From Rhodospirillales bacterium (lineage in GTDB: Bacteria; Pseudomonadota; Alphaproteobacteria; Acetobacterales; Acetobacteraceae), in the NCBI GenBank assembly GCA_043746535.1, contig JAYTQW010000345.1, positions 1 to 45,345 on the forward strand: a stretch of 45,345 nucleotides of DNA. Reading direction: 5' to 3'. The notes below the pieces were generated by a model. The model was not told where the DNA came from and made no database searches. It worked only from the letters and a program-made list of their open reading frames with translations. The position numbers were made by a program, and so were the translations under genes. Of this stretch, positions 30,514 through 39,744 are shown one piece after another; position 1 is the stretch's first letter; each line of letters opens with the position of its first letter.

Positions 30514-31373
30514 GCGGGCGTGAGGCGGGGTCACGGCTGGGGAGAGGGTTGGCATCGCTCATGGGTGACGCTTCGCTCGGCGGCGACAGCGACCGCCATT
30601 CCCGCGCCATCCCCGTGGAGTCGCTGTCGCCAAACCCGTTCCAGCCGCGCGGCCCCATCGACCCGGCCAGCCTCGACGAGCTTGTGCGTTCGGTGCGTGA
30701 GCAGGGCATCCTGCAACCATTGCTGGTGCGGCCCGATCCGCAGGCCCATGGCCGCTTCCAGATCATCGCCGGCGAACGGCGCTGGCGGGCGGCGCAACGG
30801 GCAGAGCTTGCGGAAGTACCGTGCCTCATCCGCATGATGACCGACGCGCAGGCCTCGGCGGCGGCACTGGTCGAGAACCTGCAACGCCACGATCTGAACG
30901 CCATCGAGGAGGCGGAGGGTTTCCGGCGGCTGTCAACGGATTTCGGGTTCACCCAGGACGCGCTCGCCAACGTCGTCGGAAAAAGCCGCAGCCATGTCGC
31001 CAACACGGTGCGGTTGCTCAACCTGCCTGAACAGGTGCAGGCAGCCGTCCGCAATGGCCAATTGTCCGCCGGACATGCCCGCGCGCTGTTGACACACCCG
31101 GACCCGACCGCGGCGGCGCAGGCGGTGATCGACCGCGGCCTGAACGTGCGCCAGACCGAGACGCTCGCAGGCAGCGCACAACGCGGCGAGTCGAGGCCGC
31201 CAGCCACGCCCCGGCCAGTCGATCCCGATATCCAGGCGCTGGAGCATGACCTCAGCGAACGCCTGGGCCTGCGCGTCAGCATCCGCAGCACAGGACCGGG
31301 TGGGCGGATCATCCTCAGCTATCAGACACTGGACCAGCTCGACGGCATCATTCAGTTACTTGGCCAGAGCTAG
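30510..31373 (+). CDS. parB: Chromosome partitioning protein ParB
   Basis: GRGLASLMGD, NPFQPR, LLVRP...FQIIAGERRWRAA and an HTH region. ATGA overlap with parA. The TAG stop is the first 3 nt of repeat copy 2. Confidence 0.95.
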   Translation: MSGREAGSRLGRGLASLMGDASLGGDSDRHSRAIPVESLSPNPFQPRGPIDPASLDELVRSVREQGILQPLLVRPDPQAHGRFQIIAGERRWRAAQRAELAEVPCLIRMMTDAQASAAALVENLQRHDLNAIEEAEGFRRLSTDFGFTQDALANVVGKSRSHVANTVRLLNLPEQVQAAVRNGQLSAGHARALLTHPDPTAAAQAVIDRGLNVRQTETLAGSAQRGESRPPATPRPVDPDIQALEHDLSERLGLRVSIRSTGPGGRIILSYQTLDQLDGIIQLLGQS

Positions 31374-31495
31374 GCAAGGCCAAGGGCTTTGCCCCTGGAC
31401 CCCAGCAAAGGCTGAGCCTTTGCAATCCTCTTGTCTTAAGCAATGGGGTTTGGGGCCTGCGGCCCCAATGGGTCGAGGGCCAGCCCTCGCCTACC
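31371..31495 (+). repeat. Structured intergenic repeat, copy 2
   Basis: Aligns over its full length with copy 1. The differences are in hairpin loops (atg to aag, gac to ca), in the central linker (aattcac to aatcctc, gagaaa to aagcaa) and at the right end (gcctgc to gcctacc). Confidence 0.9.
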
Positions 31496-31513
31496 TTCTC
31501 GTGATCAACCCGA

Positions 31514-32569
31514 TCATGCATTGACTCGCGCACGAGCAGCGCGTCGTGCCGCCTCCTGCGCGCAGGACAACACCGCGCGCCGTGCCAGCAACTCGGCGGG
31601 TGAGCCGGTGCTCTTGCAAGCGCGTTCGCACGCCCAAAGCTCGCTCAGTGCGTAGTCCAGGCGTGCGACGCTCCACAGTGTCATCGCGCGTGCGAATGGC
31701 GCCTGTTGCCGGAAGAACACCGGCGGCCGCAACGCGCGCCCGGCATCGGCGGCGCTCATTCCGCCGGCGACCAGCAAGGCCGCCTGACGCAGCCGCTGGA
31801 ACGCCAGCAAGGCGCCGCGAACGATCCCGACGGCGGTGGCGCCTTCGGCCATGGCCCGTTCCAGTGCCGCATCCGCATTCGCCACATTGCCTGCGGCAGC
31901 GGCCTGATAGGCGTCATCGGCCAGCCCGGCGGCATCGCCGGCGCAGCAGGCCAGCACGTCCTCAGCCGATACAGCCGTGGTCGCGCCCATATACAAAGCG
32001 AGCTTCGCCGCCTCGCCGCGAGCCGTCTCCATGCCTGGACCCGCCAGCCGGGCCAGCAATGCAAGCGTGTCCGCCTCCAGCGAAAGCCCGGCGGCACGTA
32101 GCTCCGCCCCCAACAGCTTGGCCAAGGCGGGCGGCTCCAACGGGTAGCAGGCCACCGCCGTAGCGCCCGCCGCGCGCTCGAACAGCACGCGCAGCTTGGA
32201 GCGCGGCGTCAGCGCCCCGGCTTCCAGCACCAGCAGGCCAAGTCGCGTCGATGCCGGCCCCTGGCCCTCCAGCATTGCCTGCACCGCGCCGAGCATGGCG
32301 TCACCGGCATCGCGGACGCGGACCACCATGCGGCCGCCACCCATTGGCAGGGTGGCCACCGCATCGGCCACGCCGCCGGGATTTTTCTTGATCTGCTCGG
32401 GGCTCAGTTCGGTGACCAGGAACGGGTCATCCAGTCGGCCCGCCACGGTCCGCACCAGGGTGGCCGCGCGGGCATGCACCAGGCCGGCATCCTCGCCGAA
32501 CAGCAGCACCGCCTGGATGCGGTCCGGCGCGCGCAGCAAGGCCTCGAAGCCGCGCGCATCGACCTTCAC
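31514..32569 (-). CDS. holA: DNA polymerase III delta subunit
   Basis: 351 aa with the N-terminus AVLLFGEDAGLVHARAATL...DPFLVTEL. Canonical position downstream of lptE and leuS. Confidence 0.85.
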   Translation of the reverse strand: MKVDARGFEALLRAPDRIQAVLLFGEDAGLVHARAATLVRTVAGRLDDPFLVTELSPEQIKKNPGGVADAVATLPMGGGRMVVRVRDAGDAMLGAVQAMLEGQGPASTRLGLLVLEAGALTPRSKLRVLFERAAGATAVACYPLEPPALAKLLGAELRAAGLSLEADTLALLARLAGPGMETARGEAAKLALYMGATTAVSAEDVLACCAGDAAGLADDAYQAAAAGNVANADAALERAMAEGATAVGIVRGALLAFQRLRQAALLVAGGMSAADAGRALRPPVFFRQQAPFARAMTLWSVARLDYALSELWACERACKSTGSPAELLARRAVLSCAQEAARRAARARVNA

Positions 32570-33114
32570 GCGGTCTGCGGCGTCCGGTGGAAGTAGGCGG
32601 CGATCTGCAAGGCGATCTGGTCGGCCAGCGCCTCGGCGATGCGCCGGGTGACGGCCTCCCGCTCCAGATCCTGGGAAAAGAACTCCTGGCCGATCGCATT
32701 CAGGCCGTCGAGCGACCGCGCGGTGCCGGAGAGCAATGTCGACTGGCCGGCGTCATGCGCCTGCAAGGTGAACACCGCCGTGCCGGTGATGCGGATGCGG
32801 GTACTGGTGCTGTCCTGGGCGATGGCCACGCCCTCCTCCGCCAGCGTGAACGATGTCGCCAGGTCGTAGCGGGGAGCGGCGGCGCCATAGCCCCGCTCCA
32901 GCCGTTCCTGTAGGGCGTTGCGCAACAACTGGCCCGAACGCTCCGGGATCAGCCGCACGTTCACCGCCGCCAGCGCCGCCGCCACATCGGGGCTGGCCGG
33001 CCCTGCGGCGCGATAGACGGGCGACCAGCCGCAGCCGTTCAGCAGTGCCACTCCCAGCGCGCCGAGACCGCCGCGCGCGAGACTTCTCCGGCCCATGCCT
33101 CGGCGACTCGTCAT
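32566..33114 (-). CDS. lptE: LPS-assembly lipoprotein LptE
   Basis: 182 aa with a lipobox (ALLNGC). 4-nt overlaps with leuS upstream and holA downstream give the conserved leuS-lptE-holA order. Confidence 0.8.
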   Translation of the reverse strand: MTSRRGMGRRSLARGGLGALGVALLNGCGWSPVYRAAGPASPDVAAALAAVNVRLIPERSGQLLRNALQERLERGYGAAAPRYDLATSFTLAEEGVAIAQDSTSTRIRITGTAVFTLQAHDAGQSTLLSGTARSLDGLNAIGQEFFSQDLEREAVTRRIAEALADQIALQIAAYFHRTPQTA

Positions 33115-35777
33115 GTTCCTTGCCCCACCACGAAATTCACGATCCGGCCCGGCACGTAGATCCGCCGCCGCACAGCGTGGCCCGCCAACGCCCGCGCGAC
33201 ATTCTCCTCGGCCGCCGCCGCCGCCAGCACGGTCGCCTCGTCGGCGTCGAGGGCCACCTGGATCGAGCCGCGCAGCTTGCCCATCACCTGGATGCCGATG
33301 GTGAGCGTGTCGGCGACCAGCAGCGCCGCCTCCGCCACCGGCCAGCCGGACAGCGCCACCAGGGGCGCGTCCTCGCCCAGGATGCGCGCGTTCAGCTCCT
33401 CGGCCAGATGCGGCATCATCGGCCCGATCAGGCGAACCAATGTCCGCACCGCCTCCGCCCGCACCGCCAGCAATGCCGGGGCCGGCTCACCCGCCTGCTG
33501 CCGGTCGGCACGCTCGATGGCGTTGACCAGCTCATGCACCCGCGCCACCGCGACGTTGAAGGCGAAACTTTCCAGCGCGTCGGTCACGGCGGCAATGGTG
33601 CGATGCGTGGCCTGACGGAGAGCGTATGCACGCGGGTCGTCCGCCGCCGCCGCAAGGTCGGCCGGGTCGGCCGCCTGCCCCGCCAGCGCCAAGCGATACA
33701 GCCGTTGCGTGAACCGGAACGATCCCACAACACCGGTTTCGGTCCACTGCATGTCCCGCTCCGGCGGGTTGTCGGACAGGATGAACCAGCGCGCGGTGTC
33801 GGCGCCATATTGGCCGATGATCGCCGCCGGATCGACCGTGTTGCGCTTGGACTTCGACATCGCCTCGATACGGCCGACCGTCACCGGGGCGCCGGTGTCG
33901 CGCTCGACCAACTGCCCATCCGCAGCGGCCACGGTCTCCTCGGGATACAGCCAGGCGCCGCTGGCGCTGCGGTAGCTCTCATGCGTGACCATGCCCTGGG
34001 TGAACAGGCCGCTGAACGGCTCGGCGGTTTCGACATAGCCAGCCTGTCGCATGGCCCGGCAGAAGAAGCGGGAATACAGCAGGTGCAGGATGGCGTGCTC
34101 GATGCCGCCGATATACTGGTCGACCGGCAGCCACGACTTCGCCGCCGCCGGATCGACCGGGACGGCGCTGTGCGGGCTGCAGAACCGGGCGAAGTACCAC
34201 GAGCTGTCGACGAAGGTGTCGCAGGTGTCGGTCTCGCGCCGCCCGGGGCCGCCGCAGGCCGGGCACGGCACATGCTTCCAGCTCGGATGGTGGTCGAGCG
34301 GGTTGCCCGGCCGGTCGAACGTCACGTCGTCGGGCAGCAGCACCGGGAGCTGCGCCGCCGGCACCGGGACGATGCCGCACGCCGCGCAGTGGATGACCGG
34401 GATCGGGCAGCCCCAGTAGCGCTGGCGGCTGATGCCCCAGTCGCGCAGCCGCCAGTTGACCACTCCGCTGCCGGCCGACCGTGCCTCCAGCGCGGCGATC
34501 GCGGCGCGCTTGGCGTCGTCGGTCGACAGCCCGTCCAGGAAGCCGGAGTTGACGATGCGGCCCGGCCCGACATAGGCCGCATCCGCCGGCACGCCGCCCG
34601 CGTCCGGCGGCGCCACCACCGGCAGGATGTCCAGGCCGTATTTGCGCGCGAAGTCGAAGTCGCGCTGGTCATGCGCCGGGCAGCCGAAGATGGCGCCGGT
34701 GCCGTAGTCCATCAGCACGAAATTGGCGACCCACACCGGGAAGGTGACGCCGGCGATGAACGGGTGACGCACGCGCAGGCCGGTGTCGACGCCGCGCTTC
34801 TCCGCCGTCTCGATCACCGCCTCGCTGGTGCCCATGCTGCGGCACTCGGCGACGAAGGCGGCCACCTCCGGCGAGCGCGCGGCGGCGGCGGCGGCCAGCG
34901 GGTGATCGGCGGCAAGGGCCACGAACGACATGCCGAACAGCGTGTCGGGGCGGGTGGTGTACACCGCCACATCCGCCACGCCGTCCAGCGCATGATCGAG
35001 GTCGAAGCGCACCCGCGCGCCCTCGCTGCGGCCGATCCACTTCGCCTGCATGACCCGCACCCGCTCCGGCCAGCGGTCGAGCGTGTCGAGTGCTGCCAGC
35101 AGGTCGGGGGCGAAATCGGTGATGCGGAAGAACCACGATGCCAGCCGGCGCTGCTCGACCAGTGCGCCGGAGCGCCAGCCACGGCCGTCGATGACCTGCT
35201 CGTTGGCCAGCACGGTGTGGTCGACCGGGTCCCAGTTGACCGAACTCTCACGGCGGTCGACCAGGCCGCGTTCCAGCATGTCGAGGAACAACTTCTGCTG
35301 CTGGCCGTAATAGTCCGGGTCGCAGGTGGCGAACTCGCGGGTCCAGTCGATCGACAGGCCCATGCGGCGCAGTTCGGTGCGCATGGCGGCGATGTTGGCG
35401 CGGGTCCAGGCGGCCGGGTGCACGCCCCGCTCACGCGCCGCGTTCTCCGCTGGAAGGCCGAACGCGTCCCAGCCCATCGGATGCAGCACCGCGAAGCCGC
35501 GCGCCCGCTTGTAGCGCGCGACCACGTCGCCGAGCGTGTAGTTGCGCACGTGGCCCATGTGGATCTTGCCGCTGGGGTACGGGAACATTTCCAGGACGTA
35601 GTACTTGCCCTGGCCGGACGGGGCCACATCCTCGGCGGCGAAGCATTGCCGCGCGTCCCACACCGCCTGCCAGTGCCGCTCGGCGGCGGAGAAATCGTAG
35701 CGGTTCGGATCGGCCGCAAGCTCGCCGGGCACGCCGCCAAGTGTTGCGTCAGGGTTCAGGCTGGTCGCTTGCGACAT
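33111..35777 (-). CDS. leuS: Leucine--tRNA ligase
   Basis: 888 aa from [12 protein letters not shown] motif ([15 protein letters not shown]) and KMSKS motif (AMSKSKRN). The 133-aa N-terminal extension in ORF 33111..36176 is Arg-rich junk. Confidence 0.95.
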   Translation of the reverse strand: MSQATSLNPDATLGGVPGELAADPNRYDFSAAERHWQAVWDARQCFAAEDVAPSGQGKYYVLEMFPYPSGKIHMGHVRNYTLGDVVARYKRARGFAVLHPMGWDAFGLPAENAARERGVHPAAWTRANIAAMRTELRRMGLSIDWTREFATCDPDYYGQQQKLFLDMLERGLVDRRESSVNWDPVDHTVLANEQVIDGRGWRSGALVEQRRLASWFFRITDFAPDLLAALDTLDRWPERVRVMQAKWIGRSEGARVRFDLDHALDGVADVAVYTTRPDTLFGMSFVALAADHPLAAAAAARSPEVAAFVAECRSMGTSEAVIETAEKRGVDTGLRVRHPFIAGVTFPVWVANFVLMDYGTGAIFGCPAHDQRDFDFARKYGLDILPVVAPPDAGGVPADAAYVGPGRIVNSGFLDGLSTDDAKRAAIAALEARSAGSGVVNWRLRDWGISRQRYWGCPIPVIHCAACGIVPVPAAQLPVLLPDDVTFDRPGNPLDHHPSWKHVPCPACGGPGRRETDTCDTFVDSSWYFARFCSPHSAVPVDPAAAKSWLPVDQYIGGIEHAILHLLYSRFFCRAMRQAGYVETAEPFSGLFTQGMVTHESYRSASGAWLYPEETVAAADGQLVERDTGAPVTVGRIEAMSKSKRNTVDPAAIIGQYGADTARWFILSDNPPERDMQWTETGVVGSFRFTQRLYRLALAGQAADPADLAAAADDPRAYALRQATHRTIAAVTDALESFAFNVAVARVHELVNAIERADRQQAGEPAPALLAVRAEAVRTLVRLIGPMMPHLAEELNARILGEDAPLVALSGWPVAEAALLVADTLTIGIQVMGKLRGSIQVALDADEATVLAAAAAEENVARALAGHAVRRRIYVPGRIVNFVVGQGT

Positions 35778-35875
35778 GGACGCCGATCTCGGTGGTATGT
35801 CTCCTGTATCGGGCGTTTTCGCCGCGCGGGCAACGCTGGACCGCCTGAACCTCGGCGTTGCAAGGGCGAGGCGTC

Positions 35876-36460
35876 TCAGTTGGAGGCGGATTGCGAGCGC
35901 AGCTCGCGCGCACGGGCCAGGACCTTGTTCTCGATCTCGTTCACCATGGCCGGCGCCACCGGGGCATCGGTCCATTGGCCGTCGGCCATGACCTGCCGGA
36001 AGATGGCGACCTTCACGCCGTCGGCGCGCAGTTGCTGGCCCAGGATATAGGCGGTGGCCTTGAACCGCTCGGCGTTGGCGGCGGATGGCTGATACCAGTC
36101 GGTGATGATGACGCCGCCGAACGGGTCGGCCGAGGCCAGCGGCATGAACGACAGCGTGTCGAGCGACGCCCGCCACAGGTAGGCGTTGACGCCAAGGCCG
36201 CCGCCGCCGCTCCCGGTGGCGCCGGCATCCTGCGCGCTGGTCTTGGCGTTGGTGAACAGGGTGAAGTCCTTGGGATGGCCGCCCAGCGACTCGATGGCCA
36301 GATCGGCGTGGTTGGCCACCGACGGTGCTGGCGGCGCGGTGCTGGTCACCAGGCTGCAGGCGCCCAGCGCCAGGATCAGGACCAGGGCCGCTGCCCAGCC
36401 ATAGGCGCGTCCCGCATGACGCGAGGTGGCGGCGGCCGGAAGGGTGGAGCGGAGCGTCAT
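35876..36460 (-). CDS. DUF3576-type lipoprotein
   Basis: 194 aa from MTLRSTL with a lipobox (ILALGAC). The conserved block ([33 protein letters not shown]) is what I associate with DUF3576 genes next to leuS in alphaproteobacteria. Confidence 0.7.
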   Translation of the reverse strand: MTLRSTLPAAATSRHAGRAYGWAAALVLILALGACSLVTSTAPPAPSVANHADLAIESLGGHPKDFTLFTNAKTSAQDAGATGSGGGGLGVNAYLWRASLDTLSFMPLASADPFGGVIITDWYQPSAANAERFKATAYILGQQLRADGVKVAIFRQVMADGQWTDAPVAPAMVNEIENKVLARARELRSQSASN

Positions 36461-36546
36461 GGGGGCACCTGCCAACGGAGTGTCACGCAATCGTCGTGGT
36501 GGCTTACCCGACCTTGGCCGCAGCGCCAACAAGGCATCGTGATTGC

Positions 36547-36581
36547 GCAAAAGCAAAGGGCGGTGGATTGCTCCACCGCCC
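36547..36581 (-). terminator. Rho-independent terminator of the porin gene
   Basis: On the minus strand, a 9-bp GC stem (GGGCGGTGG / CCACCGCCC, 6-nt loop) is followed by TTTGCTTTTGCG. It lies about 70 nt after the porin stop. Confidence 0.7.
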
Positions 36582-36651
36582 TCGTTGCCCAGTCTGGCAT
36601 GGCGTCCCAGCGTGGGACGTATCAGGTCAGGCTGTTAGCACTTGAAGCCTG

Positions 36652-37965
36652 TTACCACTTGAAGATGGTACCGAGGCCGACGCCAGAGGCGTTGGTCGCG
36701 CGGCCGAAGTTGGCGGGGTTGACAGTGGTGCCGTTTGCGGCGGCGCCCAGGTCGAAGCCGTTGACCTTCTGCCGGCCCCACAGCCCTTCGAGGTACACCG
36801 TGGCACCGGGAGCCAGGGTGTAGGTGCCGCCGACGACAACGCCGCTGCCATTCAACTGGCCCGGGTTGCTGACAGTGCCGTCCGCCAGGGTCTGGCCCTG
36901 GCCCTTGTACTCGCCGGAGCTGTAGCCGTAATACGCGGCGCCCACACCGAACGGACCGAAGGCGTAGCTGGCGCCAACGTCGATGGAGAGGGCGCCCTTG
37001 GCGCCGGCGGCGATGGTGCTGAGACCGCCACCGATGTTGCCGCCGACCAGGTTGCCGCCGACGGTGAAGCCAGCCGCCGTGACCTCGAGGCCGGCCGTGT
37101 ACATCTCGTACTTCTTGGCCTGCCGCGCCAGCGCGGTGTTGGCAGTCACGCCCAGCGACTCGGAACCACCGATGTTGGCGCCGAAACCGAGTGAGCCGAA
37201 CGTGCCCTTGTACTGGAGGTTCGCGTCGAACGTGTTGCGGCGGCCGCCGGCGCCGAGCTTTCCATCCTGGTTGTTGTAGGTGGTGCCGTTGAACGACGCG
37301 ATGCGCTCGGCGCCGTTGTCGACGAAGTACTTGGCGTTGTCGTTCGGCTCGAACGACACGCCGAACTCGAAGCCCGAGAAGCTGGGCGAGGTGTAGGCGA
37401 TTTTGTTGGCGCCGTCGTTGGTGTCGATCAGGAAGTCGTTGAGGTTGGTGAGGTTCGAGGCGCCAGTGAAGAAGCCGTTGTAGTTGCCGTCCCAGCCGCA
37501 GGTGGCGACATAGCAGCTCGCCTGGCCGACGCTGAGGGCTTCGGAAGGCTGCACGGCGCCGCCGAGGGTCACGGTGCCGAACTTGGTGGAGCCGAGATAC
37601 ATGTTCTCACGGTCGATATAGACCGCCGAGTTGCCGATCGAGTTGTTCACGGCGCTCTGCGTGCGCATTTCGAAGGTGGCGCCATAGACCAAGCCGTTCG
37701 CCAGTGTGGCGGCGAAGCTCGGCGCCAGGCGCGAGCGGATGCCGGTGGTGTAGTTGTTGACCTTAGAGCCGACGCCGTACTGCTCGGTCTTGTAGTTGCT
37801 GGAGCCGGTGTACACGGCCCACTCCATGTAGCCGCCCAGGCTCACCGCATAGGTGCCGGGAGCGGGCACGGGGGCATTTGGGGTCAGCGTGGCCGCATTG
37901 GCGGCGCCAGCGATGGCAATCGAAGCGCTCAGTAGGGCCGAGGTGGCCAGCAGGAGCTTACGCAT
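36652..37965 (-). CDS. Outer-membrane porin
   Basis: 437 aa from MRKLLLATSALLSASIAIAGAANA. Gly/Thr/Asn/Tyr-rich alternating beta-strand pattern with the C-terminus GLGTIFKW. GAGGAGG lies 7 nt upstream of the ATG. Confidence 0.85.
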   Translation of the reverse strand: MRKLLLATSALLSASIAIAGAANAATLTPNAPVPAPGTYAVSLGGYMEWAVYTGSSNYKTEQYGVGSKVNNYTTGIRSRLAPSFAATLANGLVYGATFEMRTQSAVNNSIGNSAVYIDRENMYLGSTKFGTVTLGGAVQPSEALSVGQASCYVATCGWDGNYNGFFTGASNLTNLNDFLIDTNDGANKIAYTSPSFSGFEFGVSFEPNDNAKYFVDNGAERIASFNGTTYNNQDGKLGAGGRRNTFDANLQYKGTFGSLGFGANIGGSESLGVTANTALARQAKKYEMYTAGLEVTAAGFTVGGNLVGGNIGGGLSTIAAGAKGALSIDVGASYAFGPFGVGAAYYGYSSGEYKGQGQTLADGTVSNPGQLNGSGVVVGGTYTLAPGATVYLEGLWGRQKVNGFDLGAAANGTTVNPANFGRATNASGVGLGTIFKW

Positions 37966-38156
37966 TGAAATCCTCCTCACAACGCCGGACACTCCGGCAG
38001 GCATATCAGTTCCCGCCCCGTTTCCCCCCTTGCATCCGCTTGTCGCGCGGCGGCTTTAAAACGGGCGGGGCAGCCGGTCCTGTCACGCGATATGACCCGC
38101 TCGTTCACAATCCCGCAACTCCTGACATAGGGCTGACATGGCAATTGCGAAACACT

Positions 38157-38172
38157 GTGGCAATGTTGCCAC
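38157..38172. promoter_or_regulatory. Inverted repeat GTGGCAA-TG-TTGCCAC upstream of the porin gene
   Basis: Perfect 7-bp arms about 190 nt upstream of the porin ATG, in a 222-bp non-coding region. Function unknown. Confidence 0.3.
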
Positions 38173-38187
38173 GACAGGCCAGTTTCC

Positions 38188-38814
38188 CTATACATCAAGA
38201 GCTTCGATTGCGCCGACAGCCACGCAGTCGGGGCCAAGGCGGCGGATGCCAGCGCCGGACACACCTCCGAGAGCGCCGCGGCGGCGGTGAACCGTTGCGC
38301 GGGAAAGCTGGCGCCAGCGCCGCGCGCCGAGGCCGGCAGCGCCTGGATGGCTGGCGGTGGCGAACACCGGCGACACGAACGTGATGCCCACACCGGCTCG
38401 CGCCGCCCGCAGCACGCCGGCGCCGCCATGCGCGGAAGCGGTCAGCCGGCGCATCCAGCGCGGCGGCACACCCCCCCGCGGCAGGCCGGGGCCATGCGGC
38501 GGGTCGGCCAGCCGGCCCTCGCGCAGATGCAGCCCGGCGCCGACCGCCGCCGCCAGCCGCCAATCCCCGGCCACCGCCAGCACCAGCCGGCGGCGGCGGC
38601 ACAGCCGGGCCAGGTCACGCGCCAGCTCGCGCCGCCCCGGCGCGCCGTCATGGCGCAACACGACACCCGCCAGCCCGCGCGGCAACGCCGCCACCGCCGC
38701 CCGCGGGTCCGGCAGCCGTAGCGCATCCGTGAACAGCCATAACGGCGGCGGGCTGCCGGTGGCGCCATACCGCGCCTTGACCGCGCGCGCCCAGGCGACA
38801 AGCCTGACATCCAT
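38188..38814 (-). CDS. Thiamine-phosphate synthase (ThiE/TenI) family protein
   Basis: 208 aa. LWLFTD, GLHL, TASAH, FVSPVFATASHPG and ALGGV blocks follow the ThiE/TenI block order. The rest of ORF 38188..39228 is an extension over yggS. Confidence 0.7.
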   Translation of the reverse strand: MDVRLVAWARAVKARYGATGSPPPLWLFTDALRLPDPRAAVAALPRGLAGVVLRHDGAPGRRELARDLARLCRRRRLVLAVAGDWRLAAAVGAGLHLREGRLADPPHGPGLPRGGVPPRWMRRLTASAHGGAGVLRAARAGVGITFVSPVFATASHPGAAGLGARRWRQLSRATVHRRRGALGGVSGAGIRRLGPDCVAVGAIEALDV

Positions 38815-39574
38815 GACCGACCCCCTTGCCCACCAGACCGCCACAACGACCGCCACACCGTCCGACCCCACGGACATCGGCGCAAACCTTGCGGCGATCC
38901 GCGCCCGCATCGCCGCCGCCGCGCGCGCGGGCGGACGCGACCTGGGCGACGTTACCCTGGTCGCCGTCTCCAAGACACACCCCGCCAGTGCCGTCGTCAC
39001 GGCGCTGGGCTGCGGGCAACACGTGTTCGGCGAGAACCGGGTGCAGGAGGCGGCGGCCAAGTTCCCGGCATTGCGCGACAGCCACCCGCAGTTGCGCCTG
39101 CACCTGATCGGCGGCCTGCAAACCAACAAGGCGCGTGAGGCGGTGCGCCTCGCGGACACGATAGAGAGCCTGGACCGCCCGCGCCTGGCCCTGGCACTGG
39201 CCGACGCGATCCAGCGCGAGGGCCGCACCCCGGCGCTGCTGGTTCAGGTCAACGTGGGCGACGAGGCGCAAAAATCCGGGGTCGCGCGCGCGGAGGCGGA
39301 CGGCTTCATCGCCGCCTGCATGGCCCGCTTCGGCCCCGCCCTGCGCGGGCTGATGGCGGTGCCGCCGGAGGGCCGCGACCCAACGGCGCATTTCCGCTGG
39401 CTGGCCGAGTGCGCGCGGCGGCACGGGCTGCCGGTGGTCTCCATGGGCATGTCGGCCGATTTCGAGCTGGCCATCCGGCTCGGCGCCACCCATGTCCGGG
39501 TCGGCAGCGCCGTATTCGGCAGCCGCCCGCCACAGGCCCCGCTGCCAGCCCCGTCCCAAGCCATGCGCGCATGA
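38813..39574 (+). CDS. yggS: YggS-family pyridoxal-phosphate homeostasis protein
   Basis: LVAVSKTHP (PLP lysine), HVFGENRVQE, LHLIGGLQTNK, SMGMSADFELAI, GATHVRVGSAVFG. Confidence 0.9.
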   Translation: MTDPLAHQTATTTATPSDPTDIGANLAAIRARIAAAARAGGRDLGDVTLVAVSKTHPASAVVTALGCGQHVFGENRVQEAAAKFPALRDSHPQLRLHLIGGLQTNKAREAVRLADTIESLDRPRLALALADAIQREGRTPALLVQVNVGDEAQKSGVARAEADGFIAACMARFGPALRGLMAVPPEGRDPTAHFRWLAECARRHGLPVVSMGMSADFELAIRLGATHVRVGSAVFGSRPPQAPLPAPSQAMRA

Positions 39575-39744
39575 CCGGCGGGCCGCGCGGCCCCGGCGCT
39601 TGCACCCGGATCGGCTGCGGCGTATCGCTCCGCCGCCACATTGCCTGGACCTGTCAACCGCCAGCGTCCCGGCGGATGGCGCGCCTCGCACGACGCGGGC
39701 CGAGGTTGCCCGACGGCCATCTTTTACGAAGGTATGACTAAGGT

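Noticed and set aside
32853-36050. 1065-aa plus-strand ORF opposite lptE and leuS.
   Set aside because: This is a shadow ORF of leuS. leuS carries the HIGH and KMSKS motifs, whereas the antisense product is Arg-rich junk.
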